Below are positions 13,365 to 28,340 of a stretch of 64,000 nt of DNA, in pieces (position 1 is the stretch's first letter; each line of letters opens with the position of its first letter). Source of the DNA: Eledone cirrhosa (lineage: Eukaryota); NCBI GenBank assembly GCA_964016885.1, contig OZ024755.1, positions 29,078,001 to 29,142,000 of the forward strand, read 5' to 3'. The notes under the pieces were generated by a model. It did not search any database. It was not told where the DNA came from and saw only the letters and a list, made by a program, of their open reading frames with translations. Position numbers and translations under genes: made by a program.

Positions 13365-14041
13365 GTAATATGAAGAAATAATTGTTTCTACTTTAGGCAC
13401 AAGGCCAGCAAATACCCAGTGCATTACTGGTACTTTATTTTATCGACCCCGTAAGGATGAAAGGCAAAGTTAATCCTGGCGGGATTTGAACTCAGACCAT
13501 AGGTAATGTGAAGAAATAATTGTTTCTACTTTAGGCACAAGGCCAGCAATTATCCAGTACATTACTGGTACTTTATTTTATCGACCCCGTAAGGATGAAC
13601 GGCAAAGTTAACCTCAGCGGGATTTGAACTCAAACCGTAAAGGGACGTAACTATGCTAGAAAGCATGGCGTCCAACCCTCTACTGATACTGCCAATTCAC
13701 CGCCCTGTAATATGAAGAAATAATTGTTTCTACGTTAGGCACAAGGCCAGCAATTACCCAGTGCATTACTGGTACTTTATTTTATCGACCCCGAAAGGAT
13801 GAAAGGCAAAGTCAACCTCGGCGGGTAATATGAAGAAATAATTGTTTCTACTTTAGGCACAAGGCCAGCAATTACCCAGTGCATTACTGGTACTTTATTT
13901 TATCGACCCCGTAAGGATGAAAGGCAAAGTCAACCTCGGCGGGATTTGAACTCAGATCGTAAAGGGACGTAACTATGCTGGAAAGCATGGCGTCCGACCC
14001 TCTACCGATACTGCCAATCCACCGTAATATGAAGAAATAAT
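13365..14041 (-). mobile_element. Array of four SINE copies separated by a 5x repeated 18-bp target sequence
   Basis: gtaatatgaagaaataat at 13365, 13503 (one mismatch), 13707, 13825, 14024; units of 138, 204, 118 and 199 bp. Confidence 0.9.
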
Positions 14042-16007
14042 GACACAAAATAATGTTTAGGTTCTTCATAAACGCATTAGGAAAGTTTAATTATGATGTA
14101 TATAGAAACGGAGAGTTACATGTCATTAATATTTCAGATATGAGATATGACGTCAATTTAGATATGTACTTTAGATTTTGAAAGAAAATAAGTCAATGAT
14201 ATTTTTAAACAAAACAGTTTAATTATTCCGGGCAGAATAAAGATTGGAAATAAATCCAAAGAAAGGAAGATTTTTCTTTTATTATAAAGGATTGAGTAAT
14301 ACAAAGGAAATAATTAAATACGGCAAGGATAGATTATATCAAATTAAAAGATGTGGATTTTAAACAGCAATAATTTATATTGGGGTGGAGGCAATAATTT
14401 ATATTGGAACGGGAGGGAAAAACTGGAATGTACAAAGCAATAAGTAATATAGAAAGTAGGGCATATAATGAATGATAGAATATGAGGTGATGCGTGGAAT
14501 TCTTAGGAACAAAGGGATGCTAGAGCATATATAATCGGAGCTGAGCGGAGAAAAGCTTTTCAATTGCGTTCTTTACACTCACATATGTATATATAAACAC
14601 ACATACATATATACGTATACATATACGTATATATATATGCGTGTGTATGTGTGTGTGTGTTTGTGAATGTGAGTGTGTGTGTGTGTACACCTATATCATT
14701 ATGTGTGCCTGCGTATTGCTGGTTTGGGGAGTTATGTCAAACATCTGCTGCCACATGTAGAATGACCGTGGTTATTAGCCAACCAGTAAGCCAGCCAGCT
14801 TGGCAAATGGAATGTCTTGAAGCGCTAAAACCCCCTTTTTAAAAAGACAGTACGGTCGGTGGAGACTCTCCATTGGCGTTCTCTAGAGGGTTAGTGGAGT
14901 GTAAAACGACAGCCTTCTAAGGGTGAATCTTGACAGTGCTACCGGGGAGCATTGCCGTTTCGAGATTACCTCTATAGGCAGGGAAGTGCGGTTTGAAATG
15001 CGCTCTGGGTGACGAAACCCTCCTGCACAAACTCGTCGAGTGCCGGAGGGTTACATTTTTTAAGAGGGTGGAGGGTGTTATGCGATAAATTCGATATGAA
15101 GGTGTGTGGCTTTGTTTTAATGTGTTCTGCTCAGGATCGTAAGGTCGAGAGTTCTATTCTTGGTATCGCGGTGGGTACGTCAGCAAGAGTTTTATTCTAA
15201 GGGCCGATGTTGTCAATAACAGTATTACCATGAATCTCTACGAAAACTACGTTGAGTACCCGTGACCATACAATACATAGCAATTACACATTAATTTTGC
15301 GACAGTTTGTTCTATTGCTCGCACAATTGGAACACTCATAGACACAGGTTCAAGACACAACAAATGCAACATTAAATTTCTTTAGTGTAAGCTTATAATT
15401 GTTTATAGTATCCAGTGGCAGTTATCAAAGAGTATATGTTGCGGTAACTTAATAGTATTTGATTATGAAATGTATATGTTTGTACCGGCTGTATTTTATT
15501 ATCTTGCACTTTAATCATTCCATTTAATCGTTTACTAGTTCGCTACTGGAGACTACTAATGTTGAATTGCTAGTATGAATTTTAAGAGTGATATCTAGCA
15601 TATATGGTAATGTGCGCCGCTTGAGATATCATCTCAAAACAAACTATTCCATACCGATAGCATAATTTACAAGCAGAATGCAAGAAAGCAATATTGAATT
15701 ATTGTATTATTGAAATTTTAAATGCCTCACTACACTTCAGATACGATAGAAGAGAAGGGGAAGCACATATGGACCTGTTTATGGCATTTGAGATTGATGT
15801 TACGTATGGTGGACCTTATTATCAGACAGGTCGGAGACATGGCCCAATACTCCTAAGGGAACGCATATTTTAAAAGCAAGTCATTCCTGGACTATTTAGT
15901 GGTGGAACACCGGGGTATAACTTAGACTAACGCCCACATGTTTCACTGGTGCTGCTATGCCATCAGTATTGTTATGCTACATGTTCATTGGATAATATTA
16001 TATTAAA

Positions 16008-16191
16008 GGGCCTGGATTGGCGGTTTAGGTAGAGAGTCGGACGCCATGCTTTCCAGCATAGTTACGTCCCTTTACGATCTGAGTTCAAATCCCGCCGAGG
16101 TTAATTTTGCCTTTCATCCTTACGGGGTCGATAAAATAAAGTACCAGTAATGTACTGGGTAATTGTTGGCCTTGTGCCTAAAGTAGAAACA
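16008..16191 (+). mobile_element. tRNA-derived SINE (main family)
   Basis: B box gagttcaaatcc plus conserved body gcctttcatccttacggggtcgataaaataaagtaccag. Confidence 0.85.
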
Positions 16192-16539
16192 ATAATATTA
16201 ACTGACAATTGCACACCTAGAAACCGATTGGTCATTAGTTTAGAAAATAGTTTACCGTTCATATTCTCTAATACTCTTTGTTCTATACAACATAGTCATA
16301 TCTTAATGATTTCATCCAATCAGCAGGTGCAAGCAATTCAATATATATATTATGAGCAAAAGTATGGTAATATAAGGGCGTGGTGTGTGTGTGGGATTGT
16401 ATACGGAGCTGCATAGGGAAAAGTGGAGTGTGCGTCTTTTGTTGGTAATAAGAGTTTCTGATCATAGAGAGCCATAGGAATCTAGGGGTGAATGTACAAG
16501 CGCGTATGTGATAACGGACGGAGTATTAAAGAAATTGGG

Positions 16540-16890
16540 GAGGGGAGTTAATCCATGAGGGAAACAGGACTCAATTCGGTAAATCAGACTCTGTTCAGTC
16601 CTGGTACGCGAGGCTTATGATCCGTGATAAAAAAAGACACCCAGGACTGATAAATGTAGGGAAGAGTGACCAGGATAACAGAAATGACGGCCGACGGGAG
16701 TATCTAAACCGAGTCGTATGTCCCTGAAATGTTCAGCAAACGCCATCGCGTTTTGTCCGATGTATAAGGACCCGCAAAGAGAACTTCGGAGGGCATAGAC
16801 AACGTGGGTGGAGGTGCAGGTGGAGGTGCAGGTGGAGGTGCAGGTGGAGGTGCAGGTGAAGGAGTGTCGCATACGGAATGAACCGTTGTG
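16540..16890 (-). pseudogene. Penelope-like GIY-YIG endonuclease fragment (Neptune-type)
   Basis: GSFRMRHSFTCTS..THVVYALRSSLCGSLYIGQ...EHFRDIRLGLDTPVGRHF..PGH; homologous to 34396-34510. Confidence 0.85.
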
Positions 16891-17221
16891 ACTTCCTTGT
16901 TCAATCATCTTACCAGAAGCCTACCATTATTTGTCTAAGCGGACAGTACTTGATTTAGGAGTCGCAGAAACCCAAATGCTGGATTTTTACCAACCATCCA
17001 GGGGTCCAGGTAGATCTTTCAATCACATTTTTTTTATTTGTTTGACCCCAATTACTTGGTCGTTTCTATGGCTGTGCGGATAATGGTTTAACCATCGTCT
17101 CAGTGTGTTTGGCCTTTTAACGTATATTGTAGCTCTGGTTCGTTAGAATTATTGAGCGCTTGCCACACATCTCGGAAGTTGTTTTTCGCTAATTTCCAAA
17201 GCCGAAATACGATTCTCGCTA

Positions 17222-17254
<33 letters not shown>

Positions 17255-17263
<9 letters not shown>

Positions 17264-17350
17264 AATGAATAATAACAGGTAGACATCATAAGCACACGGA
17301 ATAAATTGCCTTTTTATGATGTCTACCTGTTATTATTCATTCTTTATATA
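17255..17350. repeat. Fold-back at the end of a TA-flanked insertion
   Basis: Perfect ~37-bp inverted arms 17255-17291 / 17314-17350 with a 22-nt spacer. Confidence 0.8.
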
Positions 17351-17486
17351 CACTCCGGAATACTGAAGGATCAGGATCTAAGTTTCTTGAACAATCCTTC
17401 CATAACTCGTAGAGTAACCTCTTACCGTACGTCAACCATATCCAGTGTAGTAATTAACCATCACTACATCTTGGATAATCCTATAC

Positions 17487-17533
<47 letters not shown>

Positions 17534-18342
17534 CATTTACATTTCTATCTCAACGGTAGGAAACATAATAGATCATTGATGATGTCACAGGTGTGTAACG
17601 ATTTTGAAACTAGATGGTTGTTTCCATTTAACTATCTAAACTGCTGATTTTCCAGGGTGTCATCTGGTGCTATATAATGCTATTGGTGTTACAGACATTT
17701 CATCTGAAATGGAATAAGTGTGAATCTTCCAAATTTGAAACGAAGGTGTGTTTGCAGGGGAATTTTGGACACCTAGAATGAACTTAGTGGACGGTTTGAT
17801 TCTTCGATCATTTTTCATTAATATTCTTTCATACTAATACTCCTTCTGCTTCAATAATCAACATTAATTAAAAATTACTTCCAGCTCACAACCTAAAATA
17901 AGTCAGCTTGCTCTTAATTTATTTTTCATGTAGCGACACTCTTGGGAAATTGTCGGCTCTAATCATTTTAATATGCTTAACCAGTGAATTATTTTCTCAT
18001 AAATTTCTATAATAATTGACCATTCTAACAGCCTGGCAACATGGAGCGTACTGTGTTTCGCAGTGGATAATTATAATGCACTTACATGTCAAAGATGTTA
18101 CCATATTTACAAAGTCAACATCCATTTGCCTCTACTGATCTTCATTTATATGTTGGGCGATTGAGATTTAAAGAGACATCACTCCGTTTAAGAATAAATT
18201 AATTTCTCGCTTATGAACTCTCTTCCCACTACGTTCGTAATATTAATTCTAGCAAACTAAATTAAAGTATGCTGGATTATATTTATGTGTCTATTAATCA
18301 CACTTTCTATCACTTAGTATACAAACTTGAACTCATACTAAC

Positions 18343-20760
<2,418 letters not shown>

Positions 20761-21145
20761 AAATATGAGGGTGAATGCATGCCTGCGTTTGTGTTGCTGC
20801 ATATTTTTGTGTCCCTCTTTTATCTATTTATATTTCCATGTGTTTAATGAAACATTTTTACATTTCGGGGGGATCAATACATTTCGTTAATCCCTCATCG
20901 ACAATTCGAGAATTTCACAATATCCTCTTTAGGACGTGAAGTGTCCCTAGTCAATGTATTGCATCTTTCAGAGCAGAAAAATATGATATATATGTAAGCT
21001 TTGTCTCCCAACATACATTTCGCATTTAAGCCTAAGTTATTTTGTCTATGCGGTTGGTGTTTATTTTCATGTCGGTTTGTAATATCGGCATCAAATCTTT
21101 TTTGGCGTTTGCAGATATATATTGCTGATGTATGTCCACTAATGT

Positions 21146-21935
21146 TTAACCAATCAGTCTTTAAACCGGCCGTATCCGGCCAGAATTTTCTCATTTCTTT
21201 CTGTTCAAACTGGTCGTAACTGGCCACTCATACTGATGTTAAGGTTCTGTTTTCAATCTAAATACTATTATAATCACTTAGATTCGATATTATCTGATAA
21301 AATTATGTGAGGTAAAGTGTTTACTGTGACAATACAATAGTAAATATAGAGTAATGTAAGTGGTAAAGTGTTTACTGTGACAATACAATAGTAAATATAG
21401 AGTAATGTAAGTGGTAAAGTGTTTACTGTGAAAATACAATAGTAAATATAGAGTAATGTAAGTGGTAAAGTGTTTACTGTGACAATACAATAGTAAATAT
21501 AGAGTAATGTAAGTGGTAAAGTGTTTACTGTGAAAATACAATAGTAAATATAGAGTAATGTAAGTGGTAAAGTGTTAACCATGAAAATACAATAGTAAAT
21601 ATAGAGTAATGTAAATGGTAAAGTGTTTACTGTGAAAATACAATAGTAAATATAGAGTAATGTAAGTGGTAAAGTGTTTACTGTGAAAATACAATAGTAA
21701 ATATAGAGTAATGTAAGTGGTAAAGTGTTTACTGTGACAATACAATAGTAAATATAGAGTAATGTAAGTGGTAAAGTGTTTACTATGAAAATACAATAGT
21801 AAATATAGAGTAATGTAAATGGTAAAGTGTTTACTGTGAAAATACAATAGTAAATATAGAGTAATGTAAATAGTAAAGTGTTAACTATGAAAATACAATA
21901 GTAAATATAGAGTAATGTAAATGGTAAAGGGTTAA
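21146..21935. mobile_element. TTAA-flanked MITE (piggyBac-like ends) with terminal minisatellite expansion
   Basis: ttaa at both ends; inverted relative of the unexpanded copy at 47966-48194. Confidence 0.75.
21311..21931. repeat. 51-bp minisatellite, ~12 copies
   Basis: Unit ggtaaagtgtttactgtga(c/a)aatacaatagtaaatatagagtaatgtaagt. Confidence 0.95.
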
Positions 21936-22310
21936 ATATCTCGCTTTTTGTTGTGTTTAATGTAGTAAAGTTTTGAATGCATAGTGACCCCTCGAGAGAT
22001 ATATTGTACTTTTATCTGATATGAAAATTCCCCAGTCATGAAGTTTACATCTTTCCCCTTTACAATCTTTTTTTCATATTTTCGATAGTTACCCCACTTT
22101 ACATTATTTAAAGGATTTGTCCATTTATATCTAAATTCGAAATTACTTGCCATTAGATAACTCCTGTATTCTCTAAAAAAGACTCTTGTAAAGGTAGGTA
22201 TCTTTTTTGTATAAAAGGCTGAATAAGTTGGGGTGTAAGAACCAACGAAACTTCAGTACCTATATTTGCCAATGTGGTAACTACTTATATATATATATAT
22301 ATATATATAA

Positions 22311-22374
<64 letters not shown>

Positions 22375-22376
<2 letters not shown>

Positions 22377-22531
22377 CGAAGGAAATGTGGTAAGGAACCA
22401 GGTGGACCATAACGCACCAAAGTACTCAATACTTGAGGTAGTAGAGTGGGTAATAGGAACCAGTAAGACGGCTAATTCTCCGAATTAGCCGTCGAAACGG
22501 CTTGAGCTCAGCTGTCGGGGTCTTACTGGTT

Positions 22532-22533
<2 letters not shown>
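22375..22533. mobile_element. PLE-like fold-back insertion, family B
   Basis: Tail end aacgaaggaa on the left, ...gttcc-(TA)n on the right; carries HHR 3' half GAAAcggct-tgagctc-agctgTC gggg. Confidence 0.8.
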
Positions 22534-22600
<67 letters not shown>

Positions 22601-22807
22601 TGTGAGTGAGATTCATGTATGTTAAGTAAAGGCAATAAAAGTGAAATTAAGTGAAATTGCATAGAAGACTGCAGTTCTTCTGCTTCAAGTCTTACTGCAA
22701 CGCGGCTATAAAACATGTCAAAGCTTTTAACCAATAAAAATGATAATAAATGAATATATATTGTGGAAACGTTTTTTAAGACAGCAATATATTTGAGAAA
22801 TGTAATA

Positions 22808-22957
22808 ATTGTTTGTGCTTTTGGCTCAAGGCCAGCAATAAACCAGTGTATTACTGGTACTTTATTTTAAGGCAAAGTTAACCTCGGCGGGATTTGAACT
22901 CAGAATGGCAAGGTCCGTAACTCTATGCTTCAAAGCAAGGCGTCCGACCCTCTACCG
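22808..22957 (-). mobile_element. tRNA-derived SINE (main family), internally deleted
   Basis: SINE body; TSD-like aaatgtaataat / aaatgtaattat. Confidence 0.8.
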
Positions 22958-23095
22958 AAATGTAATTATGAGCTGTTGTTAATAATAGGTTTAACGTGAT
23001 ATATTCAGAATATAACTTATACTACTATTCCACGCCGTTTTATGGTATTTTGCATTTTAGCTACACAATGTATATATATATACACACCACCACGC

Positions 23096-23171
<76 letters not shown>

Positions 23172-23175
<4 letters not shown>

Positions 23176-23312
23176 ATAATAATAAATGTGAAGACAAAAA
23201 TCCAAAGAGGTCTCGATAAGGATAAATATTTATCAAATATAAGTTTAAACAAAGCAAGTTTAAAGCAAGATTAAAGTTTAAGCAAAGAATCGATGCTTTC
23301 ACCCTTAACGGG
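23172..23312 (-). mobile_element. Family C PLE-like 3' end (HHR 3' half plus tail)
   Basis: Homologous to the arms of 57249-57720 and to 31043-31186. Confidence 0.75.
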
Positions 23313-23339
23313 TAGCGAGAGAGAGAGACAGATAGAACA

Positions 23340-23728
23340 CACAAGCAAATAATGACAAGTAAATAAACATAAATAAATAAATGAATAAAAACACGCACAC
23401 ACCCGGAAGTAACGCATGCGCAAACTAAACACACAACGCACAAAACACAAAAACTAGATGGTGTAGGACAGAACAAAAGGGAAACACAAAATAAAAGCCT
23501 AGTCACTAAGGAGATCACAGAATGTGTGACGAAAGAACTGTGACAATATATAAACAACCATCCGGTTATCAAACCGACTAGCCAACCGGAAATTTATAAT
23601 AAATTGAAGTGAAAATCGACAGGTGCGTGTGTTGTTATTGGCATCATGACCCTCCCAAAGTACAACATTATCTGTTACAACGCAGGTTTTCTGATCAGAA
23701 ATCTTGCAAAACAAATTCAAAAACGAAA
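23340..23728 (+). mobile_element. Family D PLE-like terminal repeat with degenerate HHR (23501-23544)
   Basis: agtca CTAAGGA g atcaca..tgtgac GAAA gaac TG tgac; homologous to 44348-44645. Confidence 0.75.
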
Positions 23729-23815
23729 TATATATACAATATATAGAGTTATAAATTCAAACAGTCTTTTACAATTAAATAGCTCAAAGAAAGAAGTATT
23801 TCTGAGCCGTGAAAT

Positions 23816-23984
23816 ACAAGTTAATATAAATTAATATATGATAAACACTAATACAATCATATAAGTGTTTGTATTGCAACTGACCAAGTTAGCTAGATTC
23901 AATCTAGCTAACTTGGTCAGTTGCAATACAAACACTTATATGATTGTATTAGTGTTTATCATATATTAATTTATATTAACTTGT
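23816..23984. repeat. Perfect palindrome, 84-bp arms, 1-nt centre
   Basis: acaagttaatataa...gctagatt C aatctagc...ttatattaacttgt, centre at 23900. Confidence 0.95.
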
Positions 23985-23988
23985 GTAT

Positions 23989-24048
<60 letters not shown>

Positions 24049-24050
<2 letters not shown>

Positions 24051-24297
24051 GGAACGAGTAATACCCCGACGGCTGAGCTCAAGCCGTTTCGACGGCTAAT
24101 TCTGGACTAAATGAACATTTTTATCCTGGTATATGAATAGCCGAGCTTCTCAGGGGGTAATTCCATATATGGTAAAAGTGATTGTCACAAGGATTGGTCA
24201 AAGGTTTGTTGTTGAGACATAATAAGCCGTCAGGGCCCTAAGTATTGAGTACTTCGGTGCGTTATGTTCCTCCTGGTTCCTTACCACATTTCCTTCG

Positions 24298-24299
<2 letters not shown>
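24049..24299. mobile_element. Family B insertion, tails-out, in (TA)n
   Basis: Minus-strand HHR-bearing part joined to plus-strand tail ...ttccttcgtt. Confidence 0.8.
24062..24159 (-). ncRNA. Hammerhead-like motif with long stems II/III (family B)
   Basis: tacccc CTGAGAA g..cggcta-[long loop]-tagccg tc GAAA cggct-tgagctc-agccg TC ggggta; core deviates from CTGANGA. Confidence 0.65.
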
Positions 24300-24359
<60 letters not shown>

Positions 24360-24925
24360 CGCTTTTGAATGTGTTGCTTGTCACTGATTTCTAAAGATCA
24401 CTCTTGTGAGTATGTCATCAAACAATTTATACATCTCATGTATTTTGTCTGAAGAAGGTATGCTCTGATTTATGTTTTTGCATCCACGAAATATATATAA
24501 TGAAATAAATAGTGATGTTATAATGTTATATCTTTCAGGGTTACCGTGGTCTTTCGGCGTGGTTTTCGCCACGAGTGACCCTCGTAGGCATCCCCCTTTT
24601 GGGGGAATTTTTGTTGTTTGGATTTTTGAATTTTTTTTTTTTTACATTTCTGTCTTGACATAGCCTTTTTACACGGCCAAAACCCACTTTGTATCGTCCT
24701 GTACCGTTCTGTACAATCTGTAATGTTTTTCTTCATGTTAGCCCTTGTGGCCAATAAAGAAACCATTATTATTATTATTATTATATATATATATATAGTT
24801 TGTAAATTTTTTACATAGATCTATATGATATACATACCAACACACACATATATATCCTAGAAACGATCGTAAAATGATGAATGTTTTAATATAAGGAACT
24901 GTTTCTTTGTTTTTATTCATTATTT

Positions 24926-24983
<58 letters not shown>

Positions 24984-26421
24984 GAATAACAAATATGAGC
25001 GACGACAACGGAAACGCGGACAAACCAGAGGCAGACCTATCTCATTTATCAATCACTGGAGGTAAGTTGTTTCCTTCTTTTGTTTTCGCAACAGATTCAA
25101 AAATATTAACACTGACGTCTAATGTCTCTGACATTTTTCATAGATTGTTTGACGTATATAAATGCTCAAGATAATTTCCTACTCTTTCCAAATATGGAAA
25201 GATTCAATTTCAAATATTTACCGGTTGAACTCGCACAAACCAAATAATAGTATTTTAACGTCATTATCCCAGACTCTCAGAAAAACCACACCAGGAGTGT
25301 TTTTTCTGCTAGCATGTGTAGTGTGCATATTGATATTATACGCATATATATATATATACATATAGATATGATACATCAAATGAAATCGTAATTGACAATA
25401 TGCACGGAAATTGAACGAAGTCTGTGTTACACTCTCTTCTGTAATCAGTAAAATAACCCATGATACATTTAAGAAAGACGATATTATATATAAACTGCAT
25501 TAGCGACGCAAATATATGAATGTTTATATAAACGATGTAATAAATGTTATAATGGCACGGGCGCTAACCGGAAGTGTTGATATTTGAAAATTTTAAAGAA
25601 GTGAATCTTAAAATAAGGAATAAAATAAAATCATGATTTACGAAATTTACTACATAAATGATGTAATATTAATTCATTATTTATTCAAAGTAATACAACT
25701 TATTTTACAAACAGGATAAAAAAACAATATTCTGGACGCGGTCCTGCGCTCCTCGCTTTATTATTATCCCAGATATCCTAGGTGCTATTAAATGCATTGG
25801 TTATGTTATAAATTATTTTTATAGTAGAAGCTGTCATGTTGAGTGTCTCAGCTGTTGGGTATTGTTACTATGAGCTCCATATAAACAGTCTCAATATCTT
25901 CTTAGGAGATACTTTTGGTAGGAAGTATTAGGCTCGCTGATAAGCATTTGCCAATATCTGAATGTATTAAATTTTAGCAGACATTTTGTGTCACAGTTTT
26001 GTATTATCAGATTGTGGTTATTTTTTAGGTGTCTTGTTAATTCTGTTAGTTTTGACGATCCTATTAACATTGTTTACATACAATGACACTATCTAATGTA
26101 CCATACTTTTCTTAAGTCTGTACTATGACATTTAAAGAAGTTTTTTTTTCTCGTCAATGCTGTATCTTTGGTTATTTTGTATGGCACGTTCTTATTGTGA
26201 TAAGAAAAATAATTCACCAATATTCTTTTCCTGATTTTGTTAGTTGTCCTATGAGATTCGCACCTGTCAATATGTCTGTCTTTCTTTTTCTCTTTGTTTT
26301 ATTTATATCCAAGTATCTGATATTCAAATATATCAGGTGTTTGTGTCCATTGTAATATCGACTATTAATTAAGAAGCTGAGTGACTCTTCATGTGTTATC
26401 ATTATTTATAGAACGCCTAGG

Positions 26422-26820
26422 GACGGTGGATTGGCAGTATCGGTAGAGAGTCGGACACCATGCTTTGCAGTTACGCGCCTTTATGATCTGAGTTCAAATC
26501 CCGTCGGGGTTCGCTTTGCCATTCATCCTTACGGAGTCGATATAATAAAGTACCAGTAACGTACTGGAGTCGATTTAATCGACTTTGCCCTCCTCCAAAT
26601 TACTGGCCTTGAGCCTATACTAGAAATCATTATTTATAGAACGTCATAGAGTAACGGCCCTTTATGATCTGAGTTCAAATCACACCTAGGTTAACTTTGC
26701 CTTTTATCCTTACGGGGTCGATAATATAAAGTACCAGTCACGCACTGAGGTCAATTTCATAGACGCCCCCCCCCCTAAAATAAAATAATTTGCTGGCCTT
26801 GTGCCTAAAAAAGAAACCAT
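26422..26820 (+). mobile_element. Two tandem SINE copies with repeated target sequence
   Basis: tcattatttatagaacg precedes both copies; catcatttataa follows the second. Confidence 0.85.
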
Positions 26821-27251
26821 CATTTATAATGGTTTTAGTATTTTATTTATAATGGTTCTAGTATTTTATTTCTCCTAGTTTAATTGCAATATTGCCGTTG
26901 ACTAGGCCATTAGTTATGGAAACGGTGACGAAATCCTTTTAAATATTATAACATTCCGTTTTTAAAATAAACATTGACCTTTTTTAAACATTAAATTAAT
27001 ATAAATGAAACCCTACCCTTAAGAATTGTAAATTATTTTGTTTTGTTTTATTATTATAATAGGTTTTTGTTTTACATCGACAGTTATTGCAAAGATTTCT
27101 TTTAAAGTATATATATATACACAGACGTATCCACTGTAAGTTGTGGGGTCTATTCTGCATGAAGAACTCGATGTAATCCATATGTTGAAAATGTTATAGG
27201 TTAAGATAAATGTCGGAAAACAATAAAACATTAAAAGGAAAATAGAGTCAT

Positions 27252-27629
27252 TATATAAGTTAAAACAATGAAATAAAAAATCAAGTCATTAGAGATATAC
27301 TTCACTGCTTTACGATCGTTTCTAGATAATGATAATACATTGTATCTATACTCAGTTATTGATCTATGTAAGTTTACAAACTATTAGATAAAAATAATAT
27401 TTACTTACATGCATATCACCAGCTGTTTTCAAAAGCAATTTGATTGCTTTTGAAAACAGCTGGTGATATGCATGTAAGTAAATATTCTCTTTATCTGATA
27501 TTTTGTAACTAATCTTACATAGATCAATAACGGAGCTACAGTGTATTATCATCATCTAGAAACGATCGTAAGGCAGTGAAGTATATCTCTAATGACTTGA
27601 TTTTTTATTTCATTGTTTTAACTTATATA
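27252..27629. repeat. Large imperfect palindrome (~187-bp arms), family I
   Basis: Centre aaaagcaat-ttg-attgctttt at ~27440; arms contain GAAACGATCGTA (HHR 3' half); relative at ~24797-24930. Confidence 0.9.
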
Positions 27630-28051
27630 TATATATACTTAAAGTATATATGTATATACTTTCTTTCTTTCCTTTTTGCAGTTACATCTTTCTTCTTCTC
27701 TCTTTCATCTCTCTCTCTCCTTCTTCTCTCTTCTCTTCTTTATTCCTTCTTCTTTCTTCTCTTCTATCTCTCTCTCTCTCTCTTTCGCTTTCTTTTTCTT
27801 CCATAACACGGATATTTACTCATTTAAATATTTATGTATGTATGTACTTATTTATTTCTTCTTGCATTTCCTCATACTCACCCCCTCCTTATACTTATAT
27901 CTCGCTCCACATCCCCTTCTTCATCATATTTAAGTTTATCATATTATTATTCGTGGTATATAAATGTTGAGATTTCTTGTAATAAATCACTGCCAATACT
28001 GGAATTGAACCATCAAGACAGTTGAGGTATGACATACATCAATTCATCTAT

Positions 28052-28111
28052 TTTATCTGACGAGGACGTACTGAAAAAACAGCACAGTATGTTCGAAATA
28101 TATATAATAAA
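28052..28111 (+). ncRNA. Type I hammerhead ribozyme
   Basis: tttat CTGACGA ggacgtactg-aaaaaacagca-cagtatgttc GAAA tatata TA ataaa; ~50-nt tail then (TA)n. Confidence 0.8.
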
Positions 28112-28184
28112 CCATATATTTTGATTATGTGAATGTCTTCATTTATTAATATTTTGAATTATATATATATATAAATATATATAC

Positions 28185-28340
<156 letters not shown>

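Noticed and set aside
13365-14041. Repeat-spacer (CRISPR-like) pattern
   Set aside because: The spacers are homologous SINE copies; no cas genes.
21311-21931. CRISPR-like periodic array
   Set aside because: Head-to-tail units without unique spacers; eukaryotic MITE-derived minisatellite.
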